From Verrucomicrobiia bacterium (GTDB taxonomy: Bacteria > Patescibacteriota > Saccharimonadia > Saccharimonadales > JAGQNK01), in the NCBI GenBank assembly GCA_035489575.1, contig DATHJY010000013.1, forward strand, positions 91,346 through 155,345: a stretch of DNA of 64,000 nucleotides, read 5' to 3'. Positions within the stretch are counted from its first letter, which is position 1. Every line of letters begins with the position of its first letter. The notes under the pieces were generated by a model. That model was not told the origin of the DNA. It made no database searches and worked only from the letters and a program-made list of their open reading frames with translations. A program made the translations under genes and the position numbers. Of this stretch, positions 59,627 to 64,000 are shown piece after piece.

Positions 59627-59935
59627 GGGAGTGCCTGTGGCACTCCCCGGACCCGTAGCCCCAAAGATGCCTGACGGCATGTTTGGGGTCGAATAGGCAG
59701 CGCACTTGCGCTCGCCCGAGGCGAATCCCTCTGAAGAGGGCTATTTCTGAGTTTGAGCTAAGAGACCTAAACCTGAATCCCGAAACTCAATTTAACAGAG
59801 GTAGGTGAAAATGAAAGTCTACTCACCCCAACAGAGACGGCAACTTCACCCAAATCCTTATAACAGGGGTGTAGTTTCGGGATTCAGGTACCTAATGATT
59901 GAAATAACTACGGTTTGTTATATAATAACCGACCT

Positions 59936-60529
59936 ATGAGCACACCTACTATTGAGGATGGCTTTTTCGAAGGCGTCTATGATTACAATCCACACCTTCA
60001 GCAGGCATATGATCCTGAGGAAGTTCAGCGTGCCATGCCCAACAGGGGACGATGGGACTTAACCGACGCTCGCCCGGCCGTACTGGGTTTTCCCGACGGA
60101 GTAGACCAGCACCTAGGCAACCTAGGTCTGCCGTACCGACAGACTAACGAGGTCATGCAAGTCGGGCTGCAATACGTCCATGACCAGCCAAACAGAACAG
60201 CGGTACCCGACGGATATGAAGTTCTCTTTGCACGAATGGGACGCTTTAGGGATACACATGTCCAAAAAAGCCTTGTCGTGAGTGTTCTACGCGAATCCGT
60301 CGCAACAGACCTGCTCGAGACGGAACCTACTAACGATGCGCAACACAGGTGGCAGCGGGTAGCTCAGGTAGGAGAGCGCATTGGCAACGCCGTACTGAGC
60401 TGGTCTGCACACACCCAGGCTAACCGAGGGCTGATCACAAGAAACAGTAAACGTAGTTACACAGCCCCAGCTCCCGCAGATGAAAAACTCGCCCAAGCCA
60501 CCTTTAGAACCGTTGCCTTTTGGGAATAG
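59936..60529 (+). CDS. Hypothetical protein (197 aa)
   Basis: Frame of ORF 59915..60529; ATG 59936 (MSTPTIEDGFFEGVYDYNPH...). No family recognised. Confidence 0.45.
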   Translation: MSTPTIEDGFFEGVYDYNPHLQQAYDPEEVQRAMPNRGRWDLTDARPAVLGFPDGVDQHLGNLGLPYRQTNEVMQVGLQYVHDQPNRTAVPDGYEVLFARMGRFRDTHVQKSLVVSVLRESVATDLLETEPTNDAQHRWQRVAQVGERIGNAVLSWSAHTQANRGLITRNSKRSYTAPAPADEKLAQATFRTVAFWE

Positions 60530-60534
60530 TGCGC

Positions 60535-61239
60535 CTACTTAACGGTGGTGCCGACTTTTTCGCCCTGGCAAATCTTCAGCAGATTGCCTGGTACCATGGC
60601 TTCGTAGATAACCACTGGCATGCCTTGTTCCATAGCCAGGCCCAGGGCAGCTTTGTCCATAACTTTTATGGCGCCATCTTGTACTGCTGTCTGATAGTCG
60701 AGTTCGTCAAACTTCTTGGCGCCGGGGAATCTGGTGGGATCTTTGTCATATACCCCGTCTACTTTGGTAGCCTTCAGGACGACATCGCAACTGAGTTCTA
60801 GCCCAATATTTATAGCCGCAGTGTCGTGGGTAAAATAGGGCCGGCCGGTGCCACCAGCCACAATAACTGTTCGACCAAGCTCTATATGTTTATCGGCCCG
60901 TCTGAATGAGTACATTTCTGCCACTTGGTCAGCAAAGACATTGCTGAGGCACCGGGTTTGCACGCCGTGCGACTCGAAGATATCAGTCATAGCTATAGAG
61001 TTAATAAGTCCGCTGAGCATGCCCATGTGGTCGCCGGTGACGCGACGAATGCCTTGCTTGGCAACTTCGGCACCGCGGGCCATATTGCCGCCGCCCACCA
61101 CAATCACCAGCTGGTAGCCGGCTTTGGTGGTCTTCTTTACCTCGTCCGCAAAGTAGGCGGCTACCTGGGGGTCAATCCCAACGTCAAACTTGCCAGCTAA
61201 TTGCTCACCAGAGAGCTTCAGGAGTACGCGTTTGTACAT
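60535..61239 (-). CDS. pyrH: UMP kinase
   Basis: MYKRVLLKLSGEQLAG...LVIVVGGGNMARG...MGMLSGLINS...VIVAGGTGRPYFTHDTAA...VLKATKVDGVYDKDP. Confidence 0.9.
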   Translation of the reverse strand: MYKRVLLKLSGEQLAGKFDVGIDPQVAAYFADEVKKTTKAGYQLVIVVGGGNMARGAEVAKQGIRRVTGDHMGMLSGLINSIAMTDIFESHGVQTRCLSNVFADQVAEMYSFRRADKHIELGRTVIVAGGTGRPYFTHDTAAINIGLELSCDVVLKATKVDGVYDKDPTRFPGAKKFDELDYQTAVQDGAIKVMDKAALGLAMEQGMPVVIYEAMVPGNLLKICQGEKVGTTVK

Positions 61240-61388
61240 TACTGGTAGTCTAGCATAAGTTCAATTGCTCTTCGCCATTACTGTGGTGCAGATAAGTAAG
61301 AGCAGAAATTTTTATGCAATAAAGCCCGGGAGCTGTGCACAAGTCTGAAAATAGGGTAGATATGAGCTTCTGACACTTTAGAATTAAA

Positions 61389-61417
61389 TTGACTATTAGT
61401 CCATCATATGTTAATAT
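61389..61417 (+). promoter_or_regulatory. Promoter TTGACT-17-TAATAT in an AT-rich spacer, immediately upstream of the G+C-rich block
   Basis: TTGACT at 61389-61394 and TAATAT at 61412-61417. GGGAGGTGGAG precedes TTG 61478. Confidence 0.5.
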
Positions 61418-61477
61418 TTGCCCGTTTCAGTTAGTTCTTTAAACCCATGTAAATCCATCACCTAGGGAGGTGGAGCG

Positions 61478-62494
61478 TTGATACGAGTCGTGACTGCATT
61501 GTGCACTGCTGTGGTGGCCCTCCTGGCCACAGCAAGCACTGCACATGCAGAGACCCTGGACGACACAGTGGAAGCCCTCAAGGCCAGTCCCGTGTACGTC
61601 GCACCAGGCACCGAAGGAACAACCCCCGACACCGCCGGAGAACTGCTGCATCAGATACATGAAGGAGACTACGTCTTCATCATCATGCTGCCGCAGCAGG
61701 CCATCAGCGAGTCGGGAGAAGAGCCAGCCGATCTGACGGCGTTCGCGCAGCGAATCGACGAGGCTCTCGGTGGCAAGAACATCATCGGTTTATCCGTCGG
61801 CGATCAGATCGTGGCCTATTCGGCCATCCTGCCCGCCGGCGAGGCGACCGACCTGATGGATCGAGCCATCAGCGTTTCGACCAACCAGAGTGAAACCCTG
61901 ATTACGTTCATCCGGAATGTCCACCACTGGCAGGATCGCAACCCCGAGGCTGCGGCCTCCAAGTCGGCCAAGCCAGAAGATGAACCACCCCTCGTCCCAC
62001 TTGCCGTGGGCTGCGTGGCAGTGGTGCTTGCGGCAATCGCCACGATTGTTGTGTTCACCAAATCGTCACGGAGCGAAGACTCAGGGCCGGCATTCCATGC
62101 GCCCCGCAAGGTCAGCGACATCCTGCGAGACATCCTGCAGCTAGCGCCGCAGGTGAACCGCAGCGACATGGAGCAGCTGATCACCCAGATCGTCTGGGAT
62201 TGTGACGCATACTTCGAGCGCCAGGTGCCCCTCGGCACCACGGTCAACGAAGATAGTGACAATTTCAAGAACCATCTGGGCAATCTTCGGGGACTGATCA
62301 TCAAGTACATCGACGTGCAGGACTGCCCGCGCTACTACGACAATCCCCGTGAACTCATGGAGAGCGGCGAGAACGCGATGCGAGGTTTTGCAGAGATGGT
62401 GCTCGACGATATCAGGGACGGCAACACGAGCAGTCTTGCCGTTTACCTGGTCAACGCCGACATCATGAACGCAGAGCGCACCTGGAGCAAGTAA
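61478..62494 (+). CDS. Secreted, membrane-spanning hypothetical protein (G+C-rich, actinobacterial-looking)
   Basis: TTG start follows a strong SD. Signal peptide VVALLATASTAHA. An extracytoplasmic ~150 aa is followed by the TM helix LAVGCVAVVLAAIATIVVF and a cytoplasmic C-terminal domain. Codons are GC3-rich. Confidence 0.55.
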   Translation: MIRVVTALCTAVVALLATASTAHAETLDDTVEALKASPVYVAPGTEGTTPDTAGELLHQIHEGDYVFIIMLPQQAISESGEEPADLTAFAQRIDEALGGKNIIGLSVGDQIVAYSAILPAGEATDLMDRAISVSTNQSETLITFIRNVHHWQDRNPEAAASKSAKPEDEPPLVPLAVGCVAVVLAAIATIVVFTKSSRSEDSGPAFHAPRKVSDILRDILQLAPQVNRSDMEQLITQIVWDCDAYFERQVPLGTTVNEDSDNFKNHLGNLRGLIIKYIDVQDCPRYYDNPRELMESGENAMRGFAEMVLDDIRDGNTSSLAVYLVNADIMNAERTWSK

Positions 62495-62630
62495 GCCACG
62501 GGCGCTAGGCCTTCTTTCAACTGAAACAACATTTCTCCCCAACGGCTCATGACACATGTGAGCTGTGCCACCCGACCCTCATCCGAGAGTCACGAACCTT
62601 CCAAACCCAACAACCGCACCTGGAGGTGCA

Positions 62631-63611
62631 GTGAGTTCCAACCGAAAGCTCAAGCGAGTCGCCTCAGCATTGGTGGTGACCGCCATCCTGACCAGCGTCG
62701 GTGCCGCGTGCTCCTCGAGCACCGCCAACACCTCGTCCATGTGCAGTTTCGTGCTGGGCGATGGCAGCAAGGGCCACGACCGCAAGGTCCACGACGTCGT
62801 CTACCCCGACGACAACGTCGACTACAACAGCGATACCGAGGACGTGCGCTACGTCCCCTGCAACGCCCGGAACTTCATCATCAACGACGGTTCCGTGACC
62901 TACGGCGCTGACCAGAAGGTCGGTGACCGAAGCAACCCCTCGGTGGGCTACACCAGCGATGGCACCAAGGTCAACGGCTTCACCAGCTCGTACTGGACGC
63001 TCAACCAGGACGAAGAGGCCTTGCGCGCCTTCTGGGCCGTCTGCGACAAGTACAAATGCTCCAGCGACGATGCCGAGTCCGGCGATGCCAACTTCTCCAC
63101 CGAAGGGTGGAACGGCATGCTGGCGGAGAACTTCGGCCCCTCGGTGGACGATGCCTTCAGGATCGCTGTCGCCGAGGTGGACGACGAGGTCTGGCAACAC
63201 CCCACCCCGGAGCTCGAGCAGCAGATGAGCGACCGCATGTCAGCGGCATTCGCCGACGCCGTGCGGGCCAAGACCGGCTACGAGCTGGACATCTTCTGCG
63301 GATCGGGCAACTCCGGCTGGGACGACGTCGACAAGCCCGGCGAGGGTGACTTCTTGTGCACCAGCGTGCGCATCGAACTGGACGGCATCATCGCCGCCAA
63401 CTCGGGCACCCAGCAGAGCAGCGAAGAGGCCACCCAGGCTCAGAGCGAGCTCGAGAGCAACGCCGCCCGCCTGGCTGCCGCCGAGGCCCTCTACGGCCCC
63501 AGCGCCGGCTACTGGCTGGGCCTCATGGACGTGCTGGACAAGTGCAAGGGCGAGGAGTCGCACTGCGACGTGAACATCGGCAACCCGCCGGGCGTTCCCG
63601 TCAGCCAGTAG
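62631..63611 (+). CDS. Lipoprotein of unknown function (G+C-rich)
   Basis: Frame of ORF 62565..63611. GTG 62631 lies 3 nt after GGAGGT. The signal + lipobox reads MSSNRKLKRVASALVVTAILTSVGAAC. The mature part is Cys-paired and Asp-rich. Confidence 0.55.
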   Translation: MSSNRKLKRVASALVVTAILTSVGAACSSSTANTSSMCSFVLGDGSKGHDRKVHDVVYPDDNVDYNSDTEDVRYVPCNARNFIINDGSVTYGADQKVGDRSNPSVGYTSDGTKVNGFTSSYWTLNQDEEALRAFWAVCDKYKCSSDDAESGDANFSTEGWNGMLAENFGPSVDDAFRIAVAEVDDEVWQHPTPELEQQMSDRMSAAFADAVRAKTGYELDIFCGSGNSGWDDVDKPGEGDFLCTSVRIELDGIIAANSGTQQSSEEATQAQSELESNAARLAAAEALYGPSAGYWLGLMDVLDKCKGEESHCDVNIGNPPGVPVSQ

Positions 63612-63729
63612 ACATCCCACCCAGTACCCAGCTCTGATCCAGAGCCAAGCAACCCTACCGTGTGAGTAGGTCATACACGCCCAGCGCGTAGATCACACCA
63701 GCCTTTCGGAAGCTGTAACACTCCGAAAC

Positions 63730-63791
63730 CGGGGAACGCTTGTGGAGGATCGCATTTCATGCGATCGCTAATATCAACCACAAGCGTTCCC
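63730..63791. terminator. 15-bp perfect inverted repeat enclosing an 8-bp inner hairpin, downstream of the lipoprotein gene
   Basis: Outer arms are GGGGAACGCTTGTGG (63730-63744) and CCACAAGCGTTCCCC (63777-63791). The inner hairpin is GATCGCAT-ttc-ATGCGATC (63747-63765). Confidence 0.45.
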
Positions 63792-63954
63792 CAAACAGAC
63801 TCCATAGATCTACCAAAAGCTATGCCGATGAGCCGTAAACGGCGAAAGTCTATCGCAAACTATTGCATATATATCGATAAGATTGTATAATTAATTATCC
63901 TATCGCTCGTTCACATCGGACCGCAAACGGTCCCCAACCCATGAAGGAGACGCC

Positions 63955-64000
63955 ATGTGCGTCACATCCGGCCCCGCCGAGATCAACGACACCCGCGTCC
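63955..64000 (+). CDS. Start of a further G+C-rich CDS, truncated by the window end
   Basis: GAAGGAGA lies 4 nt upstream of the ATG. MCVTSGPAEINDTRV... has G/C at almost every third codon position. Confidence 0.3.
   Translation, partial: MCVTSGPAEINDTRV

Noticed and set aside
59603-59960. tmRNA (smpB is in the window, and GGGGATTCGAACGGGA resembles a tmRNA 5-prime end)
   Set aside because: There is no matching tRNA-like 3-prime end (T-arm + ACCA) within 300-450 nt on either strand. No resume-codon or tag ORF is evident. The 24-mer is better read as an inverted tRNA 3-prime fragment.
62579-63674. Multiple overlapping ORFs on both strands in the last G+C-rich block
   Set aside because: Only the frames 61478..62494 and 62631..63611 show GC3 bias, SDs and signal/lipobox features. 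The others are compositional artefacts.
1-64000. Alternative genetic code (UGA recoding as in some CPR lineages)
   Set aside because: TGA terminates conserved proteins at their expected C-termini (for example lysS, both glycoside hydrolases, the cohesin-like gene and brnT). Long ORFs do not need read-through, so the standard code fits.

Overview
This is a 64-kb, gene-dense window coding on both strands. Background G+C is about 50% by my hand counts, and the standard genetic code fits: TGA, TAA and TAG all end full-length conserved proteins. No search tools were run, so every family call rests on motifs I recognise in the ORF-track translations or in my own translations.

The gene content suggests a reduced-genome, Gram-positive-type bacterium, plausibly a Patescibacteria/CPR (Saccharibacteria-like) episymbiont. 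That assignment is inference only. The supporting content is:
- Housekeeping genes: smpB, lysS, pyrH, tRNA-Asn(GTT), tRNA-Ser(GGA), an OtsA-OtsB fusion, an OmpR/HisKA two-component pair, a MacB-type ABC pair, TerC and an SPFH protein.
- An unusually large share of secreted or surface proteins and orphan genes.

Most notable observations:
1. A two-gene module pairs a membrane-anchored cohesin-like scaffold with a dockerin-bearing G8/beta-helix/PA14 protein (29.2-33.9 kb).
2. A five-gene surface locus has WxL-like and DUF916/DUF3324-like architecture plus an 860-aa LamG-tailed fibre (7.4-14.6 kb).
3. Four sharply G+C-rich patches with GC3-rich codons sit in the window (27.9-29.0, 36.2-37.3, 55.0-55.5 and 61.4-64.0 kb). 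Each is followed by a long-loop perfect hairpin, and two are driven by AT-rich consensus promoters. They are candidate acquisitions from a high-GC (actinobacterial) donor.
4. An AT-rich island abuts tRNA-Asn. It is bounded by a 54-bp direct repeat that includes the tRNA 3-prime end, and it carries leaderless cassettes and a BrnT/BrnA pair.
5. A 2.6-kb NUDIX + PhyH-like dioxygenase insert is flanked by an 83-bp direct repeat of a gene's 3-prime end.
6. A hairpin-saturated noncoding region surrounds tRNA-Ser and contains an inverted tRNA 3-prime fragment.
7. A 165-bp nested palindromic element lies between the histidine kinase and TerC.

No CRISPR array, integrase, transposase, rRNA or recognisable riboswitch was found.
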